DNA of 61,958 nt, counting the filler. It is 16 parts of 16 records of this genome, joined end to end, with 100 filler letters (N's around TTAATTAATTAA, not from the genome) between each part and the next. Parts side by side here need not be neighbours in the genome. Positions count along the whole stretch, not along the records: positions 22,718 to 27,299 come from SRR7504441_138932; positions 27,400 to 31,327 come from SRR7504441_139465; positions 31,428 to 34,890 come from SRR7504441_140348; 13 more parts are not named here. One strand, written 5' to 3'. Within the stretch, counting starts at the first letter, position 1. Each line of letters opens with the position of its first letter. The position numbers were made by a program, and so were the translations under genes. The notes beneath the pieces are model-generated. The model did no database searches and was not told the DNA's origin. It saw nothing but the letters and a program-made list of their open reading frames with translations. Below are positions 22,883-34,990 of the stretch, one piece after another.

Positions 22883-25800
22883 CTAATTATGCACGGCAAA
22901 GACTGGCTCGGATAGCAGATTAGCTTTGGGGGAGGCCATGACTTGCTCACACACCGACGGATGCTTTTCGGAGCAAGGCAGCGCCTGGAGCGAGCCTTGT
23001 TTGACTGCGATGCACTGTGGTGCCCTGCTGGGGTTCAGAGGCTCGTACTGACCGTCTTTGATTGCATAGACCTTAATGTCGACCAAAGAAAGCCACTTGG
23101 CGTCCTCGTGGTTGGCCAAGTTGGGCACTGTTATGTAAACATACCTCGCCTGTGCATCTGGGCCGAGGTGGTGACAGTGGATCGTGTCAGAAGATACCTC
23201 CCATGCAGATGGCTTGGGCCGACTACCAGTAGTGCCACACAGGAACAACCCTGACGAGCTCCAGCCGGAATCTCCAGCCTCTGCCGTAGAGACTCTGCCA
23301 GTCCTAGTAGAGACTGTATTCCCCACGTAGATCCGCCAGTTGTGCATCCAGTTTGGAGCAGTGGCCACCACATACCGCACAGAGACCGTGTCCTGACCTA
23401 AGTCGATCCGCAGCCAAGGATTGTAATCAGCCCCGGTGGTGTGGCTCATAGTGCTGTCATTGCCGTCCACAGCCATTGAACTGAGTTTGAGATCACGATT
23501 GCCCTCGCCATCCAACTCCTCTGCTGTGCTGGACTGCTCAGTTGGTCTGTTCAAAGCTACCTGCGACATGCAAATTCACGTTAGCCACTGCCGGGGGTGA
23601 TTAAATGCATTTAAATGGTCACCTCCTCAGTGACATGTGATGATCGGCCCTGCTTGGAGTTAGCCTGCCAGGAAGTGCCAGACATTGCAATCGAGAAAGC
23701 CGACAGCTCTCCACTCAGCCAGCGCCACACGCCCGGCCGCTCAATGTCCGAAAACCCTAGCCAGTAAGTCATGCTATCGTCGCTCCCTGAGAGAGAGTTG
23801 ACTAGATGCCGGAGCGCGCCATATTCCGAGAAGTCGTTCAGCGTGATCAGCCGAGCCCCGAGTGCGTGACAGTCGGCCACAGCGCCAGCAAATGTGCGCT
23901 CAGCAGGCTGGAAGATATAACAGTGGCTGTCCTGGCGAGCCATCTGCCCTCGGCACCTGTGATGTTTCTTCTTGGCGTCCAGCGGACGATTGACTGATAC
24001 CAGCCCACCGCTCACCTCTAGGTTACCGGACGCGTCCAGCCCAACAAGCCGCTTGTCGTCCACAATTGGCTCGCAGCGCTCCCATGGCACAGTAGGATCC
24101 GTCGTGTAGCACCAGAGGTAGCCTGAGCTGTGTGGGTCCCTGCAGTGATTCTGACCCTTAACCTCGCCAGGCCAGTGTTTGCAGTCTCGCCCTGACACTG
24201 TGATAGAGAGGCTGCCCTGGTATTCTGAAGATGAGCTGTTGAGCCAGCCTTGATAGTCTCGTATGTGCTGCGGCGTGGTCTGGTGCTGCGAGGCGTGTCT
24301 CGTTAGCGCCAGCTTTTGCGCCCCTCCGGAGGCACCACTAGTCGCCTGGTGGTAATTCCGCCCAAGTATCCAGCGGTCCTGGTTCGTTGTTCCAAAGTTA
24401 ACTTGGCTGTGATGCTCTGTGCCGGAGCCCAGCAAGACTTCGGAGTGGCTGTGAAGCGACCTCACTCCGACACGTGCCTCACCCGATTCGGTTGAGTCCT
24501 CCAGTGGCGGCATCGCTTGTAAATCTAGCCGCGCGTGGCTGTTGCCTGCTGCATTAGTCGCGTGCACAGTCAGCCGAGCCCCGCCCGTCCCGTCTGTCTG
24601 CAGGTTGATTGAAGCATGTCCAGTCTCGTGGGTCGTGTGGACGTGGACCTGCACATCCCCACCACTGCTCTCGCCCTTGAAGCGTGCATGGCTGTGTCCA
24701 GATAACACCCTTGCCAACGCGTCCCCAGAGTTTTCAGAGCCGAGCCCCGGCGCCGCCAGCACTTGTAGCGTTGCATCTGATGAGGCCGTGCCACCGGTCG
24801 ACAGCACAGTCAGCCCGGTGCCAGCATCCCCTTCAGTGGCCAGTTCAAGGATTGCGCGCCCACTCGATCCTGCCGCATGCACAAGCCCTTCCACATCCTG
24901 GAACTTGCTCCGTAACGCCAGCCGGGCGTCCCCAGAGGTCGACGAGCCTGCTGGGGGCTTAGCCGTAATCTCTAGCTTGGTGTCTGAGCTGAAGTCATGG
25001 GCTGTGGAGATTAGAGTAAGCGCCGCACCATCGGATCCCTCGGTGCTAAGTTGCACTGAGGCTCGCCTGGCGGACTGCATGAGACCTTCAGCGTGCCCTG
25101 CCTCGCTGAAGAAGCGGGCGGTTGCGCTTCCGCCTTCTGAGCCAGTTCCCGGGTCGGCCAGTAGATTGAGCTTGGCGTGGGCGCTTGGGGCGTCTGCGAG
25201 CGAAGAGACTGTCATCGTGGAGCCTCCTGTGCCTGCAGCACACAACCACGTTGGCACACTATTATCATCATTGCAGCAATCACCTTCAGAGATCAGCTGG
25301 TAAGCCGCACGGCCGCTCTCGCCACTGGTTTTGACTTCAACATCCGCACTTCCGTGGGCACTGTAGATAGACACCTCGGCGCCCCCAGACATTACGGATC
25401 CCCTGTGCGGCTTGGCGTGCAGATCCAGCCGCGCTGTTGCGGTTGTTGCCTCGTCCGCCGCCTGAACACTCAATTCAGCCCCTCTGGAGCCGTCCGAGTG
25501 CAGATGCAGCCCAACCTGTGTGTGCCTGGTGCCCTTGCTCTCAAAGACTGCCGACACGTTCTGGTGAGAGCTGCGCACTGCGAGGATAGCATCCCCAGAC
25601 TCAAGTGAGTCTTCTGCCGCAGGTGACGCCAGCACAGCGGCAGTGGCATGCGCAGATGGCACTGGCTTGGTGGCCTGGACACCAAAGTGGGCGCCCCACT
25701 GAGTTCCTTGGCCTACCCTTGCCTCAGACCCACCGGCTGCCACCTCAATTCCAGCAGCCCCGCTGCCAGTCTCCACTCGGCTCATTGCGTCCTGGCCTCG

Positions 25801-27299
25801 TGAGTACAGCTTAAGATGGGAGCTCCCACTAGAGCTCTGGGCACTGCTGCCTGGGTCCGCAAGCAGGTGCAGCCTGGCGTGTGAGCTATCCTGGTCATTA
25901 GCGGATCTAACCGTGAGCACCGCACCCGCAGAGCCCTCAGTCAGGAGCTGCAGCTGGGCCTGAGCTTCCTTTCCATTGGCCTGGATCTTGAAATCTGCAT
26001 TCCTAACACACACGAGACGAATTAATTGTTAATTAGTTGGAGAGTCGCACCCGTGTTTGGAGAAGATATCCATTGAAGCATCCCCACCCGCCATGCCGGT
26101 TACTGGTTTCGCCTCAACACTCAGCACAGCGTTGCTTGTCTCAGCTGTGCTGGTAGTCTGCACCACCAGATGCGACCCGCGTGCCCCAAGCGACTCCAGC
26201 TCGAGTCCTGCCTTACTCTGCAGCCCTTCAGCCTTGATAGCCAGGAGGCCAGCCCGGGAGCCAGTTAGGTCCAGCTGGGCCTGCTGGACCTTGGACTCAG
26301 CTCGCATCATTGCGTTGCCACTTTGAGAGCTGCTGACTGAATCAGCAGACAGGTCCAGCCGAACGTCACTCGATGCGCGCAAAGACATGGCAGCACCGAG
26401 CGCCCCCCTGGCCAGCAGCCCAAACCTTGCCTCTGAACTTGGACCTCTTGCCTCAACGTTGACGGTCACGCTACGGGCCCGCGAGCCCAGAGTGAGCGTG
26501 GCATCTCCCGAATTAGCAGCCACCACAGCCTTAGCTGGACCTGGTTTGGTTGGGTTCGTAACTGTGAGTGCTGTTGGCCCTCCGCTTGCAATCTTGAGTG
26601 CAGCAGCCGCGCTGGTTGAGGTCACATCCAGTGATGCACTCTGGTGCTTGCTCGACACAACCACTTCAGCGTTGCCAGAGGACACAGACCTGGCGCCTGC
26701 CCAACAGTCACCACACAAATCAATGTACTTCATTAATCTAGAGCTCACCTGGGTCGGAGGATATAACCAGGCGCGAACCAGCTGCGTGACCATCCGCATG
26801 CGCTGTCAGCCCAAGCCGAGCCCCACGCCGGCCAGCGCTGTGCACTGTGGCTTTAGTTGTGCTAGACTTCCCAGCTGCTTCCATGTTGAATTGAGTATGA
26901 GCCTTCGCAGCAAGCACAAGCTCAGCGTTGCCGGATCCTGTCGGAGCGTCTGCTGAGATCTGAAGCACCGCACTTGCAGTTGAGCCCTGGCCAGAGCTGT
27001 GCACCAAAACCGCCGAGCCTTTGGATCCGGCAGAGGCCACTGATGCGCTTGCCAAGCTCGTGGCACCAAGAGCCCACAATTTGCCTTTGGCGTGTTGCTG
27101 GGAAGAAGAGACGACCAAATTGGCGTTGCCAGAGCTGTGGCTGTTGGGACCAGGGTGGGCCTCAATGATGAGGGACGCAGTGCTGGAACTCAAGTTGCCA
27201 ACGCTGCGGACCAGCACTCTTGAACCACGGTCAGCTTCACAAAACAAGTCCATAAAGGAACCACATTCTGAATATGTAACAATAACATATACTGCAGTA
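22883..27299 (-). CDS. Large extracellular protein: Ala/Ser/Gly-rich tandem repeats + kringle + C-type lectin with inserted F5/8C/F-type-lectin-like domain (5' partial)
   Basis: Kringle YQGSLSITVSGRDCKHW...NHCRDP...WCYTTDPTVPWERC; CTL HCYIF...A..DC..LGARL...YWLGFSD...WRWLSG and C-terminal QCIAV...PC....SVCE; F-type-like VALNRPTEQSS, AVDGN, SHT, PWLRIDLG; ORFs linked by GT-AG introns. Confidence 0.75.
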
Positions 27300-27502
27300 N
27301 NNNNNNNNNNNNNNNNNNNNNNNNNNNNNNNNNNNNNNNNNNNTTAATTAATTAANNNNNNNNNNNNNNNNNNNNNNNNNNNNNNNNNNNNNNNNNNNNC
27401 TCGATAAACGACGATTACTCGATTAATCTAGTGCCCCCAATAAACAATGGAAAACCCTGATCTTTGAGACTTAGACCAGCCCCTGACACGTACGATGATC
27501 AA

Positions 27503-30500
27503 TTAGGCGCCTTGGTTCCGCTTCAGTGAGGGGCAAAGGCTATCCTTGGGGTGAGGTCCTGTTATTTTGCACATCTTACAATGTTTCTGACGCTTTTCTC
27601 CACCCTGCCAGCACCACCAATAAACTTGGAGTTCATCGGCGCGAGGCATCCAAACAGGCAGGCAAGGAGCACACTCAAATTTCAAGGGAGTGCAAAGGGT
27701 ACTGCAGATGGAGCGTTGTTCCCATTGTTTGGTCTCTTGTTATTGTTGCTATTGTAGCCCTACCAAGTTCACGAGTGTCAGGTATGGCGAAAGCGCTTTA
27801 GAGCTGGGTGGGGTTTGACCTTAGATGGGCAGTTGCTCGCAAAGTGGCCCGGCTGACCGCAATTAAAGCAGGTGACACTGCTATTATTGTTGCTGCTAGA
27901 GCCACCGCTATCAGCCCATTCAAACTGATTTGCGCACTTGAATTTGCAACTCCAGAACTGTCTGCCTTGGTTCACCCCATCCTTCTTCACACTCATTTGG
28001 ACTTTTGGATGTCCACAACTGGAGCAAATTGGCACTTTCTGATTAATTGACTTGTTATTACTAGGTCTATTCCTCGGGGCTTGTCCACCCTTCTGAGGAC
28101 AGTCCCGAGCAAAGTGCCCAGGTTGATGACAGTTGTGGCATCTCGTGCTGTTGCTATTGTCACCACCAAAGCTCCTATTGCTAGTATCAGCCGTTCCCAC
28201 CCCGCCCTGCCCTTGTCTCTGTGGGCACTGCGGGGCAAAGTGGCCACGTTGTTTGCATATATAGCACTCAGCAGCTCCGTTTGCTGGTGGTGGCGTCCTT
28301 GCAGCTTGATTCTGTCCGCAGTTTTCTGCTGCGTGCCCCAGCTGGCCGCAACGCGTACAAGGAAACGCATTTGATTGTGGCCGATCCTGTCGCTGCACAG
28401 CGCCTGGTCTCGAGCTTGGCATATCGAACCTCCTTGAGGCAGGCTGATTTGAACCTTTGCACCAACCAAGATTGTTGCCAAGATCATTGATGAAGCCATT
28501 ATCACAGAGTGGGCATTCTAAAACCTCAGATGGGGTGCCTACACATAGATGTTAGACAGGCCTTAGACCAGCCCCTGACCCGGTGGCACAGCGTTTCTGC
28601 GCAGCTTGAAGTTCAGTTTGAAAAACTTCCTTGGACAATTTTTGCATGGGGTCTGACTTACGGTGACCCCTGCAATGCAGCCCTTGGGCAGCCCAATGAC
28701 TTCAGCGCATCCAGACTTTTCACACCCGATGTAAAAGTCTGAAAAGTGCTTTTGGATCTCCATTTGAGCTCCACACTGGCACTGGCACACACACTGCACC
28801 ATGAAGTCACGTCAAGCCACAACAAGGTGGTTCGAGGCTTACTTGAGCTGGCTGTGGGTGGTTATGGCACCATGGGCAGAGCTCGTATGACTTGCGACCA
28901 AATTTCTTCTGCAACAGCTCAAAGTGGCACAGAGGGCATCTGCAGGCACAGATCAGCAAAACAGCGAACACGCGCGCTCACTTCGCTGCTTTAGGCTCAA
29001 ATGCGAGGCCGTCCTCCCTTTCCGACGCGAGGGTCAAATCTCGAGAACACAATCTGCATCTGACAAAGTAGAGCGGACCATCTTGCATCAGTTGCATCTT
29101 CGAGTGACAGACACCGCACTCTGAAGACATCTGACTGACAGTACGAGTAGACATGCCCTGTCCAACAGCCGGGAAGTACTGAGCCATGACTAGGTCCATT
29201 TTCTGCACCATCATCACGCATTAGATAGCGCTGGCAAAGCCGGCACCTCCATCTGAGCCTCCACCTCCCGAAAGACCCCACGCATGTTGTTTAGAACTTG
29301 TTGCATCACCTCATCTTTACTTCTAGTGCCGCGGCAGATCGCAGTCATCCCATTTTCCATCTCTGCTCGCAAAGCTGGCTCCGACAAGTGCTTGTGCCCC
29401 ATCACTTGATAAGCGTCAATCAGTGCAATTCCTACCTCAGTTGGTTTGAACCGCCTGTCATCATCCTTCCGGACATAGCCTTTTTCCTGGACCTTCTTGA
29501 TATGATCGTGGATCGTGGCATCAGTCCCTATTCCGTTGTCATCCATCTTGGCAATCAAATCCTCCTCAGACAGCAGAGGCGGGGCAGTTGTTTTGCCATC
29601 TATCATGCTGAATTCAGTCATGCTAAAATCCTCACCCAGCTCAAATAGAGGAATGCTGTTAGCATTCCATCGCTGATATGTATATACGTCGAGAAAGTTC
29701 TTCTCCTCAACAACCAACCCAGTTGTGCTGAATTCCTCCCCGCAAATATCGATTCGCACCTCGGTCCCAGCTCCCCTAGCATCCTCAGAAATAGTAGCCA
29801 GGAAGGTCCGGGTGACCAACTCATAAATCCGCTGCTCATTCCCGCTCAGGTTCAGTGCCGCTTTCACTGGGTGGATGGGTGGATGAGCCTTGTCATCGTT
29901 CTCGCCATTCCTGGGAACCAAACGCGAGGTTTGGAGCAAGTTGGTGGTGTAGCCACCCCAACGGTTATCGTTCACCTGGAGCTGAGCCAATGCTCGAAGA
30001 TCATACTCCGGTCCAAATCTGTCGGTCTCGGTCCGTGGGTAGCTCAGGTAGCCTTGCTGATAAAGCCGTTCAGCTATCTCCATTGTTGTCTCCGAGGACA
30101 GGTGAAGCCACCTTGAAGCCAACTTTTGGAGCTCGATGGTAGCAAGTGGCTTCGGCCTCCATTTCGATTTGGGTTTCCGGGTCACGTCAATCACTTTGGC
30201 TGTCGGGTTGTCCATGCACATGTCATACAGGACAAAGCACCCGAACCGGTCATACAGCCTGCCTCGTGCCCAGTTAAACTCCGCACGTTCCCCATCACGC
30301 GTCAGCGAGCACTCGAGTTGCCAAAAAGCTTCGGCCCGGAACATCTTATTCTGCCAGTATCTTTCCACTATGAACCCGAGTGTGGGGAACTGGCAAGGCC
30401 CATAGCTCACGATCTTGCCCTTGCCTGATTCGTCACGTCCGTTGAAACGGGGGAATTTGCTCTGAAGTCTCAACGTTTGCAGTCGGGTGAATGCCGCCCC

Positions 30501-31189
30501 CAGCCTGAGGTCGATCTCCTGGCGAGCCAGCACTGCATCGCTCACATTCTGGTCCGGCTCTCTCAGGCTAGTGAGCGCTTGTGTAATCGCTGGGGCGGTG
30601 AGAGCGGAGAACCACGCGCGTTTGATGGTAAGGGTTTGCTTCACTTCACGGCAGCAATTGATCACCTCGAACGAGATGGCCTCGCCCTCCCGGTCGCAAT
30701 CGAGCCAGAGCACGAGGTGGGTGGCTCGAGGCGCGAGCTGCTGCAGCTGTTGCTTGATCTTACAATTGTCCGAGTAGTCCCAGACGATCCGGCCATCGAA
30801 GCAGGCGCTCGGACGACACTTGTGCCAGCTTCTGCAGAGCGGTCAGTCGGCTGCGCAGTCCGTCAAGCCACGGACCTGAGCTCGCTGGAGAAGTCCAGCT
30901 CCATTAAGTGCCCCGACACCGAGGTCAGAATCATCTGCCGACCGCCGGTGAGCTGCAGCCGTGACGGCAACGGTGCAGACCGTGGCCGTGCCGAGGCCGG
31001 GAAACGGGAAATTGCTTATCTCCGTGATCGGGTTGTACTGCGCCACACGGGGGAGCTGCCACAGGAGTCAGCCCGGGCGCCCGCAAGTGCGCATACCGTC
31101 CTCATGCTCCGGTTCTGACCCTGGCTGAAGACCCGGACCAGCTCCTTGGTCACACTGTTTTTCTCGGCCACATTGAGCACAACCACCAT
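27503..31189 (-). CDS. TOP3A: DNA topoisomerase III alpha (multi-exon)
   Basis: VLNVAEK, WLDCDREGE, RQEIDLRLGAAFTRLQT, SYGPCQFPTLGF, catalytic SYPRTET, HPPIHP, GIGTDAT; C-terminal CCHC knuckles and a GRF zinc finger. Confidence 0.96.
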
Positions 31190-31774
31190 CTCGTTCTCGT
31201 CGTCTACCCGGACCGCGCCATTTTCTTTGAATGGGATAGAGTACCAGGTACTCATGAGTACGATACTTGAATACTAGCTATGCTGGATACAATCGTATAC
31301 AAGTCCACCAAGGAATGGTATTCTGTCNNNNNNNNNNNNNNNNNNNNNNNNNNNNNNNNNNNNNNNNNNNNTTAATTAATTAANNNNNNNNNNNNNNNNN
31401 NNNNNNNNNNNNNNNNNNNNNNNNNNNCTGCTCGCCCGTAATTTAATACTTGCTAGCTACTACCTTATCAAATAAACTTCCAGGGGCGGAGAAAGCAGCA
31501 GGAGATGCTGACTACACACTAGGTGCTCTAGCTACACAACGGCTGCTTGGTGCTAAAGTCCTAGATAAGGTGACTCATTCAACCTTGATGTGTATACAGA
31601 TGCGAATTATAATAGATACGAATTAGATGTGAGTACGGTGGAGTATCGGGAGTATACGGTTAACGTTGTAGGCATGACTACGGTATGCTAGATTACGTTA
31701 GATTCAGAAGTTGCGAAGTGAGCAAACCACAACCGTCGGCGGGCAAGGCTTCCGATGAGAATGCTTATGCTCAA

Positions 31775-34700
31775 TTAATTATTTGCGCTTAAGTACATTT
31801 GGCCAATGGCTTGAGCCATGGCTGCCTTCCCCTTGCCTGTACGGCACACTCCGTCCATAGCTGCCTTGGCCGAGCTCCAGAGTTGTGTGTCATCAAGCGG
31901 GCCGTCCTTCGCGCAAGCTAGAGGGGCAAGCGCGTCTTGCATGTTGACGGCAAGAAGAGCATCATGGTGTTCGTCGTCATCACACAATTGCTTTAGAACA
32001 TGCAGTGCCTGGCCTTTGCCCGCCGGCCCACCCGTTTCTACGAGCGTCCGGAGACCCTGAGCTGCTTCGATCACTGCCTCCGGCGCACAGTTGCAGGCCA
32101 TCAGAGCAGCACAAGCGCCTGCTTTCCCTTCCTCGCACTGGCCATTAGCAATCCCTCTCAATGCAAACACAGTATCTGGCGTTAAGGTCCATGATTCGGC
32201 CGACAGAGAAACCAGCCCAAGCACAAACGCGACGCTCCGTTGGGTAATGCGCCCTGAGTCCTGCGCAATCCGCTCCAACAAGGCTAGCGAGGCCGTTTCA
32301 CTGTCATTCAGGTGCTCGATGTAGGAAGTGTTTGGCCACAACAATGCAAGAGTATTGCCTAGGATCATCGACAGTAGACCCACCAGCTTGTCTGTGGGAG
32401 GGGGACACTCATATGTTTGTGCAGAGGGTTTTCCTTGTTTGTGAAGGTGCTGAACCAAATTGACGAGCCCGTCGCGCCGCATAAGACGCGAGCCCTGGAA
32501 CTGCTGTAGATATACCTGCTTAAGCTTTGAAGGTCCCAACAGTGCAGCCTCTGAGATTTTATGAAGGCACGCTGCTGCCATCTCCATCTCTACAACATCT
32601 CCCTCATCGAAGCCCACATCGTCGGCAGCGCCCTCAGCACTGTATACGGCATCGCAAGCTTCGCACAGCATTGTGGGCATATCAAAGGTTTCAGCAATCG
32701 TGCGTACAGCCGAGTCCAGACTGATAATGCGGTTCAGGCCTTCGCGCGATTGGCAGACTGCTTCTAGTATTTGTAATTCACGGCATCTGCCATGGCCGTC
32801 TGCGTCAAGTAAAAAAATGCCGTTTAGTGTTCGTTCGACCACTCCAGCCGCCACCACCACATCACAGTGTTCGCCGCAGAGCTTTACTACTAGCTTTGAT
32901 ATTTGGTCGAGTTCAACTGAGGACAATTGGCATGAAGTAAAAATCCTCGAGCTGAATAGCTTTGTAGCTATACCCGCGACAAATTCACATGAAAGGGGTT
33001 GCTTGTCAGCAAAGGTTGAAAATGCCGCCACCGCGTGCTGCTGGTACACAGGACGCCGCAGCATAGTCTGCAGTCGACAAACCGCCGCATAACTCACGCG
33101 ATGCAGATCCTGGTTGAGTAATACAGTGCATGCACGCAGTGCCAGGATACCCAAGGCCTCGTTGTAGGAATGGCAGGCAAATACAGCTTTGCCATCTGAG
33201 CCTGCGAGCTGGTAGGTGCCTAAGTCTGCGATGCGGTAAAGATCCAGGCCAGGGTAGTAATGCAAGCTGATGAAAGTATGAGCGATTCGTTCGACCAAGT
33301 CTGGATAGTCTGAGCCGAGAGACTGAGAGGATCGAGGCTGCAGATGGGACATTATAATGAGCATTAACTTGGCCTCACAGTCCCAATATTCAAGGGAATG
33401 CCGGGCTGACATGCTGACAAATGAAAGGGCTAACACCCTCCAGAGCTCGTCTTCATGTCCCATATTGCCAGCCGAGACAAGATTGCGCAGCGCAGCGAGG
33501 ATGCGAATGCCTGGACGCCAGGGGCCGAATGCCTGGAGATCGATCTCGTGGATCTCGAGGGGCCAAATGGGAAGCATATCCATAACCTTGGCTTTCTGTG
33601 CAGCCTCGCGAAAAGGCCCTTCTTGTAAATCAAGACTCGCCACAAGCGCGGCGCCAGCCCTCGAGTCCTGCTTGGCCAACAAATATCGAATCTCGAGAAA
33701 CACTTTGGGCCAAAGGTGCTCGCACTCTGGCCCTACAAGCACATGGCAGGCCGGCTCAAGTATCCGTTCCCAACCGGCGGAGCGATGGTCCAACCCTCCG
33801 AGCTCAGGTCGCTCACTGAGCTCAGGGAGAATCTCCACCAGCGCTCGGAGGGTTGGACCAGAGAGCACGCGCCGCCAGCACGCAGGTTCAAGCATGAGCA
33901 AGGACAAAGTAATTGCTGCGCGGGTAACGAGTTCTGGATGCTCCTGTTGGCTCGCCAGAATACGGCCTAATAGGTCAACGCACTCACCCAGTTGGACCAG
34001 TTTTGCCCGGCACTGCGGATGCTCGGCGAAGACATGCAGCGCCTTCAACGCATTACTCCGCATCAGCACTTCGGGCCCGATCTCATCAGCTGCCGCATCC
34101 AAGAGAGAGAGCCCGCCCTGCTGCGGCGCCCACCACTGTGGCGCTGATAATTGATTCATGAAATCCAGAACTCCAGTGGCCAATAGAACCGAATGGCAAG
34201 TAGGGGACGCCCGGCCAGCACCTACCATTCGCCAAAGCGCTGCAAGCACCTCATGCAGAGTGTCCTTGCGCTCCCGAAATATAGCCAGTGGATAGGCCTC
34301 GTCCTTTCCACAGCGGTGCACAAAGCCCATTATGCCCGATATGCTGGCGAACTGCTGCATCGGGCTGAAATCGGCAAACTTGAGACCGGTGTCCGTGGTC
34401 GGCCAGAGCTTCCTTAAGTCATCCAAGGTCCACGCGGCCTGTGCTGCCCGCTCATGATGAGCCAGCATCGCGGCGGCCGACGGCACCCCGAGCCGCCCCC
34501 CTGCCGGGCCGTGCAACCGCATCCGATCGGCCGCCGCTTGCCGGACCAGCGGCCGCATCGCTGCGCAGGCCTGGTCCAGCTTCCCGAGGGGCGTGGCCGG
34601 CAGCTGGACCAACACCCGGAGCTGCAGCTCGCGGGACATGTCCGTCAGCCGGCTGCGGTGGCCAGGCGGCGCCGCCAGTCGATCGAGCGCGGACTGGAGC

Positions 34701-34870
34701 TGGCCGAGCGCTGCGGCAAGCGGAGAGCCCGGGTCCGGCGCTCGGTGCAGAAGGGCTAGCTGGGCCACCAGTGTCCGGGCAATCTCCTGCGCCGACGGGC
34801 TGGGAGAGGTCGGCTCCACGGCGACCGAAGTGCTGTCCGTCTTCTTCCTCTTCTTCTTCTTCGCCGGCAT
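31775..34870 (-). CDS. ARM/HEAT-repeat protein with N-terminal NLS and F-box-like motif
   Basis: 1031-aa intronless ORF; PAKKKKRKK; RLTDMSRELQLRVLVQLPATPLGKLDQAC resembles an F-box; Leu/Ala-rich helical repeats. Confidence 0.55.
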   Translation of the reverse strand: MPAKKKKRKKTDSTSVAVEPTSPSPSAQEIARTLVAQLALLHRAPDPGSPLAAALGQLQSALDRLAAPPGHRSRLTDMSRELQLRVLVQLPATPLGKLDQACAAMRPLVRQAAADRMRLHGPAGGRLGVPSAAAMLAHHERAAQAAWTLDDLRKLWPTTDTGLKFADFSPMQQFASISGIMGFVHRCGKDEAYPLAIFRERKDTLHEVLAALWRMVGAGRASPTCHSVLLATGVLDFMNQLSAPQWWAPQQGGLSLLDAAADEIGPEVLMRSNALKALHVFAEHPQCRAKLVQLGECVDLLGRILASQQEHPELVTRAAITLSLLMLEPACWRRVLSGPTLRALVEILPELSERPELGGLDHRSAGWERILEPACHVLVGPECEHLWPKVFLEIRYLLAKQDSRAGAALVASLDLQEGPFREAAQKAKVMDMLPIWPLEIHEIDLQAFGPWRPGIRILAALRNLVSAGNMGHEDELWRVLALSFVSMSARHSLEYWDCEAKLMLIIMSHLQPRSSQSLGSDYPDLVERIAHTFISLHYYPGLDLYRIADLGTYQLAGSDGKAVFACHSYNEALGILALRACTVLLNQDLHRVSYAAVCRLQTMLRRPVYQQHAVAAFSTFADKQPLSCEFVAGIATKLFSSRIFTSCQLSSVELDQISKLVVKLCGEHCDVVVAAGVVERTLNGIFLLDADGHGRCRELQILEAVCQSREGLNRIISLDSAVRTIAETFDMPTMLCEACDAVYSAEGAADDVGFDEGDVVEMEMAAACLHKISEAALLGPSKLKQVYLQQFQGSRLMRRDGLVNLVQHLHKQGKPSAQTYECPPPTDKLVGLLSMILGNTLALLWPNTSYIEHLNDSETASLALLERIAQDSGRITQRSVAFVLGLVSLSAESWTLTPDTVFALRGIANGQCEEGKAGACAALMACNCAPEAVIEAAQGLRTLVETGGPAGKGQALHVLKQLCDDDEHHDALLAVNMQDALAPLACAKDGPLDDTQLWSSAKAAMDGVCRTGKGKAAMAQAIGQMYLSANN

Positions 34871-34990
34871 TTCTGGCGAAGCCTCTGGTCNNNNNNNNNN
34901 NNNNNNNNNNNNNNNNNNNNNNNNNNNNNNNNNNTTAATTAATTAANNNNNNNNNNNNNNNNNNNNNNNNNNNNNNNNNNNNNNNNNNNN

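Noticed and set aside
27778-28422. CCHC zinc-knuckle ORF as retrotransposon gag
   Set aside because: Same strand and exon series as TOP3A, includes a GRF finger typical of TOP3A tails, and no RT or integrase is present.
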